In this document: positions 16,447 to 24,373 of the stretch, piece after piece
Position numbering within the stretch: the stretch's first letter is position 1
Layout: the number at the start of each line of letters is the position of its first letter
Origin: Candidatus Micrarchaeota archaeon
GTDB taxonomy: Archaea; Micrarchaeota; Micrarchaeia; Micrarchaeales; CABMGC01
Length of the DNA stretch: 33,404 bases
Assembly: GCA_030040335.1 (NCBI GenBank)
Contig: JASHTX010000059.1
Span: forward strand, 1 to 33,404
Direction: 5' to 3'
Notes under the pieces: generated by a model
Database searches by the model: none
What the model was told of the DNA's origin: nothing
The model's input: only the letters and a program-made list of their open reading frames with translations
Made by a program: the position numbers and the translations under genes

Positions 16447-16855
16447 GTACGTATATACGTATATACGTATAAATACCTTCCTGTGCAGTGAGCCCGGGGA
16501 GGGGCGGCTGTACCGCCTCCTCCAAAGTAGACTGCCTCAGTGATCCTATCCCGAGAAAGTGCCTCGCTTCACTAGGACTCAGCACGCCGGATATTTCCAG
16601 GGCCTCGACGATTTCCGAGAGGTCCCCTTTGTGCTGGAGGTCGAAGAGCGCATCTATTATGCACAGCGCCATGTTCCGGCGCTCCTCTTCGAGAATGATG
16701 CCGTCACCCGAACGGGTAACCATGTACCTGTTCATCAGCACCACCTCGAGCTCCTTCCGCAACAGCCTATACTTCTTCCCAGACCCATAGTTTCCACTCA
16801 CTCTCACCATATCACCCAAAAAGCAGAGACGGCTCAAGCCGATGGCTTTCGCCAT
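16412..16855 (-). CDS. Hypothetical protein; start uncertain, 3' end reads through the vapBC promoter
   Basis: Central part looks protein-like (RLLRKELEVVLMNRY...LSEIVEALEISGVLSPSEARHFLG); upstream TATA-like ATATAAAT at ~16919-16912. Confidence 0.5.
   Translation of the reverse strand: MAKAIGLSRLCFLGDMVRVSGNYGSGKKYRLLRKELEVVLMNRYMVTRSGDGIILEEERRNMALCIIDALFDLQHKGDLSEIVEALEISGVLSPSEARHFLGIGSLRQSTLEEAVQPPLPGLTAQEGIYTYIRIYVHGQKEAHPFGG
16448..16469. promoter_or_regulatory. Probable vapBC operator: perfect 22-bp palindrome TACGTATATACGTATATACGTA
   Basis: Three TACGTA boxes at 8-bp period between a minus-strand TATA (TTTATA 16473-16468) and the antitoxin ATG. Confidence 0.75.
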
Positions 16856-17042
16856 GTCGTTTTGTATAGCGTTGACCTACGCTTTCCTGTGAATATGTAT
16901 TGAAGTAAAAGATTTATATCTCTTATGCTCACCTTATAGTAAAGTATATATTCTTTAATATCCAAAGTAATAGCGCCAGCAAAAACTGGCATCACCCAAA
17001 AGTAGAGGCGGCGAAAGCCGCCCCAATGCTCAACGTGCTGCA

Positions 17043-17216
17043 ATGAAGGCGCAACTAAGTCTTGAGATTCTTATCAGCATGTCACTGTCGCTCCTGATAG
17101 TGCTCGCGATTCTGCAGTATTTTAGTGCGGCGCGGGTGCTGATGGTAAAAACAGAAGGCGCGCTGGTTGGCATGGCAAACAGTGCACGGGCATACGAGGG
17201 GAAGCCGGTCACATGA
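17043..17216 (+). CDS. Small type IV pilin-like protein with class III signal peptide (57 aa; not in ORF track)
   Basis: MKAQLSLEILISMSLSLLIVLAILQYF...: KA|QxSxE followed by a hydrophobic helix; stop overlaps next ATG (ATGA). Confidence 0.8.
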   Translation: MKAQLSLEILISMSLSLLIVLAILQYFSAARVLMVKTEGALVGMANSARAYEGKPVT

Positions 17217-17581
17217 AGCTTGTTATAATATCATTGGATCTGATGCTAGCCCTGCCCATCCTTGCGCTTGGCCTTGCAGTCCTCTTCTCGAGCATCGTGA
17301 ACTCTCAAACATATCTGCTTGCCTTTGCGGGATTGCAGAACAAGACACTGGACCTTTTCACGACCTCGCAGCAGATCGCGCACGCTCTGGATGCGAATCA
17401 GGTGAACGGAACCACTGCTGCAGAGCTCGCGTCCGATATTGCCTTGGGAAATGGAGTTGCTGCAGGAGTATTGGATGTTGGCTCTGCTGCTGATTGTGTC
17501 AACGCCCTCACGCTCTGCAGGATCGTGACGGTATCAGGCGCAGCAAGGCTGCTGGTGGTGAGCTATGAAAATGCAGGCTAG
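17213..17581 (+). CDS. Pilin-like membrane-anchored protein
   Basis: MKLVIISLDLMLALPILALGLAVLF hydrophobic N-terminus, CVNALTLC pair; in an overlapping operon with pilins. Confidence 0.65.
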   Translation: MKLVIISLDLMLALPILALGLAVLFSSIVNSQTYLLAFAGLQNKTLDLFTTSQQIAHALDANQVNGTTAAELASDIALGNGVAAGVLDVGSAADCVNALTLCRIVTVSGAARLLVVSYENAG

Positions 17582-18533
17582 CATCGAGTTCCTGCTCGTA
17601 CTGAGCGCTATTGCAGCACTGAGTCTCAGCGTAATCTCCCTTTACGGGAAGCAGCTCTTTGCAGAGACAGGGGCATTTGCGGAAGTGGCCAATGCGTCTC
17701 AGGCAAATATCTCACTCTCGAACTACACGCTTCCTTACTACAGCCAGGCGGAGCAGGAAGCGTACTCGGCAGAGATAGTCGGGAGAAACGAGAGACTGGC
17801 GTACGTGATAAGCCAGCCTTCGAACATTACCAACCTTACAGAAAGAAGCCATTGTACATACTATGGCACGTACTATCCTCCGCCCGGCATTGGCGAGCAG
17901 TGCGGCACCTATAACGCCTGGTATTACCTTGCCGCGAACTCCCTCTGCCCGGACAGCAGCGCATACTGCATCTTTGCGAACGACACGGGATACGCAGTTG
18001 AGAACGCGGGCCCGGCCAGAAACTATATCTACAATTTCACTCTGGAGATAAGCGCGCAGGGCGACCGGATGCTGGCATATCTGCAGAGCGGGCAGAACGA
18101 GTCTCCGTTAATGCTTGGCAACACAACCGTGGGCTACGCAAGGGTCGTTGATGTAAGCAGCGGCGAGCCTGGCCTTAGCTTGAGCCTGATAAGCTACGGC
18201 GGCACCTACTCGCTGCTTAACGAGAGCCTTTATGGGCAATACGCGCAGTCCGAAAGCCTCGCGTATCCAGTTTTGAGCTACTACAACGGAAGCGAGGTTG
18301 ACTCTGACACGCAGGCAACCATACAGGAAGCCGTATACTCTTTCACCAAGGCTTCGAAGGAACTGAGGTATGGTCCTGCTTTGCATGCTCAGTGTGATGT
18401 GGCAGGGTCGCAGTACGTATGCAATGCAACCTACCCATTCTTCTACGTAATCGATGCCAACGTCTCCGGCGGCCTCGGAATCCAGAATGAGACCCTCTAC
18501 TACCTGGGTTCCGTGATAAGGGTGTATGCATGA
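17565..18533 (+). CDS. Large minor pilin / adhesin-like protein with class III signal peptide
   Basis: MKMQASIEFLLVLSAIAAL (QxSxE motif); Tyr/Ser/Asn-rich, many NxS/T sequons, Cys pairs. Confidence 0.78.
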   Translation: MKMQASIEFLLVLSAIAALSLSVISLYGKQLFAETGAFAEVANASQANISLSNYTLPYYSQAEQEAYSAEIVGRNERLAYVISQPSNITNLTERSHCTYYGTYYPPPGIGEQCGTYNAWYYLAANSLCPDSSAYCIFANDTGYAVENAGPARNYIYNFTLEISAQGDRMLAYLQSGQNESPLMLGNTTVGYARVVDVSSGEPGLSLSLISYGGTYSLLNESLYGQYAQSESLAYPVLSYYNGSEVDSDTQATIQEAVYSFTKASKELRYGPALHAQCDVAGSQYVCNATYPFFYVIDANVSGGLGIQNETLYYLGSVIRVYA

Positions 18534-18925
18534 AGGCCCAGTTCGCAACCATAGAAGCAACGCTGTCGTTTGCGGTGATAGCTGTTGCAGCGATTTTCGT
18601 CTCACAGCAGATCGGCGCGGCAAACAGAAGTTTCCAAGCTGAGGAGAGCAGGCTTGCGCAGGCTGCTGCAATCTACGACATAGCCAATGAGTTTGAGAGG
18701 AATATCAGCGCAAACTACTGCCTTGCCTCATACCTCTCCCAGGATTCAGTATGCATGAGCTCTCTTGTAAGCAACTACGAGAAGGTCTATGGGCTGGCGA
18801 CAATTGCAATAAGCGGAAATATGACCGCTGCCTCAAGCGCTCCGGAGAACGGAACCGCTTGCTTTGAGGTTTACCTGCAGGCGGAGAACTCGACAGGCAG
18901 CGTCTGCATTGCTGCGGGTGGTTGA
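18530..18925 (+). CDS. Type IV pilin-like protein with class III signal peptide
   Basis: MKAQFATIEATLSFAVIAVAAIF; ATGA overlap with the previous gene. Confidence 0.75.
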   Translation: MKAQFATIEATLSFAVIAVAAIFVSQQIGAANRSFQAEESRLAQAAAIYDIANEFERNISANYCLASYLSQDSVCMSSLVSNYEKVYGLATIAISGNMTAASSAPENGTACFEVYLQAENSTGSVCIAAGG

Positions 18926-19081
18926 ATGTCATTCTACGGCCTTGTTCTTGTGGCCATTGTTCTGATTGTTTGCATATACATGTCCCTATTCATGAACGAG
19001 CTAACTGCGGTAGCTTCGGCATCAAATGCGAGCATCGAGATCGCACAAAGCATAAACGCTGCGGCAGGAGAGCAGGGATAG
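18926..19081 (+). CDS. Small pilin-like membrane protein (51 aa; not in ORF track)
   Basis: MSFYGLVLVAIVLIVCIYMSLFMNELTAVASASNASIEIAQSINAAAGEQG*; starts immediately after the previous stop, GGTGG SD. Confidence 0.6.
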   Translation: MSFYGLVLVAIVLIVCIYMSLFMNELTAVASASNASIEIAQSINAAAGEQG

Positions 19082-19364
19082 AACAAAGCCACTTGTCATA
19101 AACGTAAATGCGGCAACATTTCCGCACAAAAGGCGTATAAATATAACTCTGTAATATATCATCGGGGAATGGGTTAAGTGTCCTTGGGGGGAACATATTG
19201 GGGAATATGTACCACGCGAGGCAGTCAGAGATCGGTCATTTTGGCCGGGCCTGAGAAGCCATAACGGAGACAGCCTCAGCGCGGTAAAACGGGGGCAGAA
19301 GAATGCTGAGCTTAGCATAGACGGCACAGAGCTGCTTGACAGGCTCAATTATGCCAAGACTCTG

Positions 19365-20399
19365 ATGAAGAGCGGGAGCCTTGAGGAGCTGAACAACAAA
19401 GTCAGGAAGAAGATAATAAGCCTGGAACTGATGGCCGTGGAGCGTAGTCTTTCCAGCCCCTCAACCAAGAACGCGATAGAGGCGCTGGCAGAATTCGCGT
19501 GGAAACTTCCGGATAACAGGCTGTGGACCGTGCTTACGCTCACTCTTGAGGAGGGAAACGGGGGCCTCAGGATCGCCCCTGACCTTGCAAGGGCGCTCAT
19601 AACCAGCCAGTCGCCCGATTATGCGGTCAAGAAATACAGGGAAGAAGCCAAGATGCTCGGCAGGATGGCGAGGATCTCGTTCAGGGCCGATGTCACAAGC
19701 TACTGGCGCGAGGACGGGAGCGCCAAGAAGGGGCCGGAGCACTTCGTGCCATTGGTTGAGAGCGAGATAGACTGGAAAACCGGAATAGTGAGGGGCAAGT
19801 ACCTGTTCTACATGCTCAGGTACGAGGTGGACACGACCTTCAATGTTTTCGGAGGAGTTCTTGTAAACACCATGTTTCGTCTGCGGCCGACTCCGGAATA
19901 CGAAGGTGTGGGTTTCAGGTTTGCGGTAGACGGCAATGAGAGGCTTGTCCTTGAGGAGGCGGATCTGAGGGCACACTTCGGCGCATACAGGGTCCCGATA
20001 GAAATGGCCGAGAGGACGCGTGAGCGGAGGATAAAGGTCACGGCTGTGCCTGACAACGGGCACTATACGAACGGCCATGCGAACTTCCTTGTATTGAAGG
20101 ACGACCCGGAAACCCTGGCAAAGGTAGTTGCAAGGTATCCGCAGCTAGCGAACAAGGATATCAAGCACGCGCTGGACGTGATAATAGAGCTGAACCCGCA
20201 GATAGACTTCCTCAAGCACCTGAACCCGAAGCAGGCTTTCCAGGAACTGGAGCTGGTGATGTGGGGCTCCCCGAAAAGGGTGAAGGAATTCTACGAGCGC
20301 GGGGAGCGCTACGATGTGAGGGCCAAGCTGGTCATGGATGTCTGCGGGGAGCGGAGCAGACCATGCTCTGATCCTCTGATAGCCAATACGGCCGCATAG
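19365..20399 (+). CDS. Hypothetical protein (at least 344 aa; true start may be upstream)
   Basis: Long ORF with coding-like composition; frame stays open upstream to 19155 without ATG/GTG/TTG. Confidence 0.7.
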   Translation: MKSGSLEELNNKVRKKIISLELMAVERSLSSPSTKNAIEALAEFAWKLPDNRLWTVLTLTLEEGNGGLRIAPDLARALITSQSPDYAVKKYREEAKMLGRMARISFRADVTSYWREDGSAKKGPEHFVPLVESEIDWKTGIVRGKYLFYMLRYEVDTTFNVFGGVLVNTMFRLRPTPEYEGVGFRFAVDGNERLVLEEADLRAHFGAYRVPIEMAERTRERRIKVTAVPDNGHYTNGHANFLVLKDDPETLAKVVARYPQLANKDIKHALDVIIELNPQIDFLKHLNPKQAFQELELVMWGSPKRVKEFYERGERYDVRAKLVMDVCGERSRPCSDPLIANTAA

Positions 20400-20489
20400 T
20401 CTCAGAGCTGCTAGTTTCATCAAGACTGCAAAAAGGCGTGCTGTTTCGATAGGATTTTATACTTATGGCAGTATAAGAGTCTTGATTTA

Positions 20490-21104
20490 ATGGTGAGCGG
20501 TTTAGAGCTAGGTGTTATAGCAGTAATTGTACTGATTTTGCTCATCCTGGGCGCGATATGGAACGGACTGGTAGGCAAGCGCAACAGGGTGCAGGATGCG
20601 TGGGCGCAGATAGACGTGCAGCTCAAGCGAAGATATGACCTGATCCCCAACCTCATCGAGACCGTAAAGGGATACATGAAGTATGAGAAGGGCACGCTGA
20701 CGCAGATAACGGCGTTGAGGAGCTCGATAGTCACGGGCAGCGTGCAGGACAAGGCCGCAGCGAACAACATGCTGAGCGGCGCGCTCAAGAGCCTCTTTGC
20801 TGTTGCGGAGAACTACCCGAACCTCAAGGCGGATGAGAGCTACCAGAACCTTCAGAACGAGCTTGAGAACACGGAGAACAAGATCTCATTCGTAAGGACT
20901 TCTTACAACGATTACGTGCTTGATTATAACAACGCGATACAGCAGCTTCCAGGAGTGCTTGTTGCAGGCGCGTTCGGCTTCAAGAGGCAGGACTTCTTCC
21001 AGGCACCTCCAGAAGCGGCGGAGCCTGTGAAGGTCGACCTGACGAGCGACGACTCTGATGACGCGAAGCCGCAGGGCAAGGCCTCGAAGGCGCCGAAGAA
21101 GTAA
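20490..21104 (+). CDS. lemA: LemA family protein
   Basis: N-terminal TM, AWAQIDVQLKRRYDLIPNLIETVKGY, AENYPNLKA, ENTENKI..R..YND. Confidence 0.95.
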   Translation: MVSGLELGVIAVIVLILLILGAIWNGLVGKRNRVQDAWAQIDVQLKRRYDLIPNLIETVKGYMKYEKGTLTQITALRSSIVTGSVQDKAAANNMLSGALKSLFAVAENYPNLKADESYQNLQNELENTENKISFVRTSYNDYVLDYNNAIQQLPGVLVAGAFGFKRQDFFQAPPEAAEPVKVDLTSDDSDDAKPQGKASKAPKK

Positions 21105-21118
21105 GGGTACAGGTGTAG

Positions 21119-22030
21119 ATGGCCAGTTTCTTCGATGAGATAGCCAGGAATAAGACAAAGTCACTCATCTTCATGTTCATCTTCACCCTCTTCTTCATAG
21201 GAATCCTGTGGTTCTTCGTCTTCGCTTTCCTGGGCCTCGGCTGGATCACCTTCGCGATCGTCTCTCTGATCGTGCTGATATATGCGGCTTACAGCTACTA
21301 CCACGGCGAGAAGCTCGTGCTGCGCGTATCAAGGGCGCAGGAGGCGGACAGGAAGCAGTATCCAAATTTCTACGCTGCGGCAGAGGGCCTCTCGTCAGCC
21401 ATGCAGGTCCCGATGCCGAAACTCTACGTCATGAACGATCCGAACCCGAACGCATTCGCAACAGGAAGGCGCACCAGTCCATCGATCTGCGCGACGACTG
21501 GATTGCTCTCGATGATGAACAGGGACGAGCTTGACGGAGTCATAGCGCACGAGATGTCTCACATAGCAGACAACGACGTCCAGCTGATGACCATCGCGAT
21601 AGCCTACATCGGAGCGATAGGCCTTATAGCGGCTTTTGTGAGGGGCCTTATGTTCTTCGGATTGGGCGGCTTTGGTGGAAACCGCAGGGGTGGCGGAGCG
21701 ATCCTGGTGCTGCTGCTTGTGGGTTTCGTAATAGGACTGCTAGCGCCTTTGTTTGCCACGCTTATGCAGCTTGCGATCTCTAGGAGGAGGGAATATCTTG
21801 CGGACGCGAACGGTGCGAGGGTCACAAGGGATCCTGCGTCGCTTGTCAGCGCGCTGAAGAAGCTGCAAACTTATTCTGCAGCTCCTGCGGCTAAGCCGGT
21901 CCAGCACGCGAATGAGGTCACGGCGCCGATGTACTTCGCCAACCCGTTCACAGGAAAGAGCGTGATGAACCTCTTCTCAACGCACCCTCCGATCGACGAG
22001 AGAATAAAGAGACTGCAGGCAATGTACTAA
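21119..22030 (+). CDS. htpX: Zinc metalloprotease HtpX (peptidase M48)
   Basis: PNAFATG, ELDGVIAHEMSH, SRRREYLADANGA, FSTHPPIDERI; follows lemA. Confidence 0.93.
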   Translation: MASFFDEIARNKTKSLIFMFIFTLFFIGILWFFVFAFLGLGWITFAIVSLIVLIYAAYSYYHGEKLVLRVSRAQEADRKQYPNFYAAAEGLSSAMQVPMPKLYVMNDPNPNAFATGRRTSPSICATTGLLSMMNRDELDGVIAHEMSHIADNDVQLMTIAIAYIGAIGLIAAFVRGLMFFGLGGFGGNRRGGGAILVLLLVGFVIGLLAPLFATLMQLAISRRREYLADANGARVTRDPASLVSALKKLQTYSAAPAAKPVQHANEVTAPMYFANPFTGKSVMNLFSTHPPIDERIKRLQAMY

Positions 22031-22056
22031 GGAACGGGAAAAGATAGCTGTTGCTT

Positions 22057-22944
22057 TTACTTCTTAAGCGCATCAGCTACAGCTTCAGATATGTCTGTTA
22101 TGTGCGCCTTGGGATATAGCACTGTGTTTGTGCCGTAGAGCTCTGAAACGCCAGCCTCCTTCAGCTTCTTCGCAGCATCGCCTATCATAAGAAGATGCAC
22201 AGCAGCAGCAACGATGCGCTTGGCGCCCTTCTTTTTTGCAAACTCCGCGGTCTGCACAACTGTGCCGCCGCTGCTTATCATGTCGTCCACTATCACAACG
22301 TCCATGCCATCAAAGTCTTTGTCTGGTCCGCTTAGCATCCTTATCTTTCCTGTCAACCTGTCCCTTTGTTTCTCCATCGAGGCATAATCGCACTTCAGCG
22401 TTTCGGCAAAATTCTGTGCCATGTGCGTTGCACTCTTGTCTGCGGCGAGCACAAACGGCATCTTCACATTGCCTTTCAGCGCCCTGGCCAGAGGCACAGA
22501 GCCGTCGATCACTTTCACTGCACCATGAAAAGCGGACAGCGGCGCAGACTTGTGAGGCGCTACGGTAAACAGCGTTGTTATTCCTGAGTAGCCGAGCAGA
22601 TCCAGCACCGTCGATATGCTTACAGCGTTGTTCTTCCCCTCGAACTTCATATCCTGGCGCGCATAGGCCAGATACGGTATCACGGCCTTTATGCTCTTTG
22701 CCTTCTCTTTCCTCAGCTCGTCTGCAAGTATGAGCAATTCGACGAGGCCCTTGTCCTGATAGGGATACAGGGATTGCACTATCACAACGTCCTTTCCCCT
22801 CACCTCTCCGGGAATGACTATTTCGGACTCGCCGTCAGGGAAGAGCTTTCTGGAGACTTCGATTGACTCGCACCCCAGCGCAGATGCGACCGATCTGCCG
22901 ATCCCATTCCCGCTTGGGCCTTCTATAACAAGCATGAGAAACAC
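22057..22944 (-). CDS. prs: Ribose-phosphate pyrophosphokinase
   Basis: FPDGE, PYLAYARQD, VVIVDDMISSGGT. Confidence 0.95.
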   Translation of the reverse strand: MFLMLVIEGPSGNGIGRSVASALGCESIEVSRKLFPDGESEIVIPGEVRGKDVVIVQSLYPYQDKGLVELLILADELRKEKAKSIKAVIPYLAYARQDMKFEGKNNAVSISTVLDLLGYSGITTLFTVAPHKSAPLSAFHGAVKVIDGSVPLARALKGNVKMPFVLAADKSATHMAQNFAETLKCDYASMEKQRDRLTGKIRMLSGPDKDFDGMDVVIVDDMISSGGTVVQTAEFAKKKGAKRIVAAAVHLLMIGDAAKKLKEAGVSELYGTNTVLYPKAHITDISEAVADALKK

Positions 22945-22988
22945 TTGCGATTAAGAATTATAATGCTTCGCTGGCAGCAGGATAGCGG

Positions 22989-23384
22989 CTAGACCCTTGT
23001 CAGCGTGAGGCTGGATGTGGAAGTGGACGTGGAAGTGGCTGAAGTGCTCGCTGACGAGGTCGATATGCTGCTAGAGGCCGTCGTGCTGCTTGACGTAACA
23101 TTCACCGTAGTTGGTATTACGGTTGTGACTGTCGAGACCGTGGTTGGCGGAGGAGTAGGAGGAGGCTTGATAAAGAAGGCAAGCGCCACAACTATTATCA
23201 GCACCACACCGGCTATGACCCCGAGGTTTATCGAAGGTTTTGCGACGCGCTGATCTGGAGCTTTCTGCTGTTGCGCGGGTTTTTGCATCGGCTGTGGCTG
23301 AGGCTGAGGGGGTGTTGGTTCCTCATCGATCGTGATGTTCGTGGGCTCGCCTACAGGGCCAGGCTCGTCGGGCATCTCGTCCAT
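22989..23384 (-). CDS. Single-pass membrane protein with Pro/Gln-rich N-terminus and Ser/Thr-rich tail
   Basis: TM LGVIAGVVLIIVVALAFFI followed by low-complexity S/T repeats. Confidence 0.65.
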   Translation of the reverse strand: MDEMPDEPGPVGEPTNITIDEEPTPPQPQPQPMQKPAQQQKAPDQRVAKPSINLGVIAGVVLIIVVALAFFIKPPPTPPPTTVSTVTTVIPTTVNVTSSSTTASSSISTSSASTSATSTSTSTSSLTLTRV

Positions 23385-23462
23385 GAATTCAAGCTACTTT
23401 CAACCAACATCAATAAAACTGTTTCTTTCCAAGGCAGAGGCTGAAGTTCACATGTTGGATTA

Positions 23463-23780
23463 CTAAGGTCCTGGCAGCTCGTGTACCACTTTGCTCATGA
23501 GCTCTGACCACGCTAGAGGTCCTTTGTCGCTTGCTCTTCTAAGCGCTTTGGCCGCAACAGTGTCAGACGCCCCGAGCTTGGTGTAATCTTTGGCCATCAT
23601 CGCAGTCATGACCCTCATACGTCTATGCGGCTCATCCAGCGCTCGCTGTACAGCCGCAATAACTTTGGCGTCAGGCACCGAAAAACCGTTGCCGTGCACG
23701 CCCTTGCGCATTGTAAGAGCGGCATTCGTTCCATTCCCTACAACCTTTCTGCCGTCTTTCCTATTTCCATGCAGGACCAC
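23463..23780 (-). CDS. Hypothetical basic protein
   Basis: 105-aa ORF filling the gap, same strand as neighbours; GTG start. Confidence 0.5.
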   Translation of the reverse strand: MVLHGNRKDGRKVVGNGTNAALTMRKGVHGNGFSVPDAKVIAAVQRALDEPHRRMRVMTAMMAKDYTKLGASDTVAAKALRRASDKGPLAWSELMSKVVHELPGP

Positions 23781-23820
23781 CTTTAGAGTAGTGGTAGCTT
23801 ATCTGGGAGCGTTCTTAAGC

Positions 23821-24369
23821 TTAGTGTCCAATTGCCTCTCCGAGTATCCTGAAAAGATCGTCGATGTAGACGAACGGCACGTACTTTTTGGAGCTCCTTG
23901 GATCGCTCAGCTCCTTCTTGAGCTTTGGGAACGGCATGAGCTTCACCGCATCGACCTCCTCCTTCTGGAGTCTCAGCTCGCCGATGACGATATCGCGCTT
24001 GTAGATGTAGACATGCTGGAACTCCCTGTTGTGGTAGGTCGGGCTTATGATCTCGTCAAACCTTGTCGCAATTATTTCCCTGAGTTCGCTGGGTCTTGCC
24101 TTGACCCCTATCTCCTCGTCCAGCTCCCTCACAATGGCATCTCTCGGCGTTTCGCCTGCAGAGACATGGCACGTTGCTGATGCGGTCCAGAGTCCGGGCT
24201 GCGTTTCCTTATTCATCGAGCGTTTCTGCAGCAGCACCTCTCCCTTCGATGTGTATATCCACGCGTCGCAACCCTGGTGCCACAGCCCGCGCCTGTGGAC
24301 CTCGTTTCTGGGCATCACCACGCCGGTCTTTCTTCCGCTTTCATCTAGGACATCAAAGCTCTCGGCCAT
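23821..24369 (-). CDS. NUDIX hydrolase, IPP isomerase type 1 / YfcD-like
   Basis: VHRRGLWH, LLQKRSMNKETQPGLW, Nudix box GETPRDAIVRELDEEIG, EEVD. Confidence 0.85.
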   Translation of the reverse strand: MAESFDVLDESGRKTGVVMPRNEVHRRGLWHQGCDAWIYTSKGEVLLQKRSMNKETQPGLWTASATCHVSAGETPRDAIVRELDEEIGVKARPSELREIIATRFDEIISPTYHNREFQHVYIYKRDIVIGELRLQKEEVDAVKLMPFPKLKKELSDPRSSKKYVPFVYIDDLFRILGEAIGH

Positions 24370-24373
24370 AGAA

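Noticed and set aside
23005-23160. Repetitive GGAAGTGGA-like DNA
   Set aside because: Explained by Ser/Thr low-complexity coding; not a CRISPR or structural repeat
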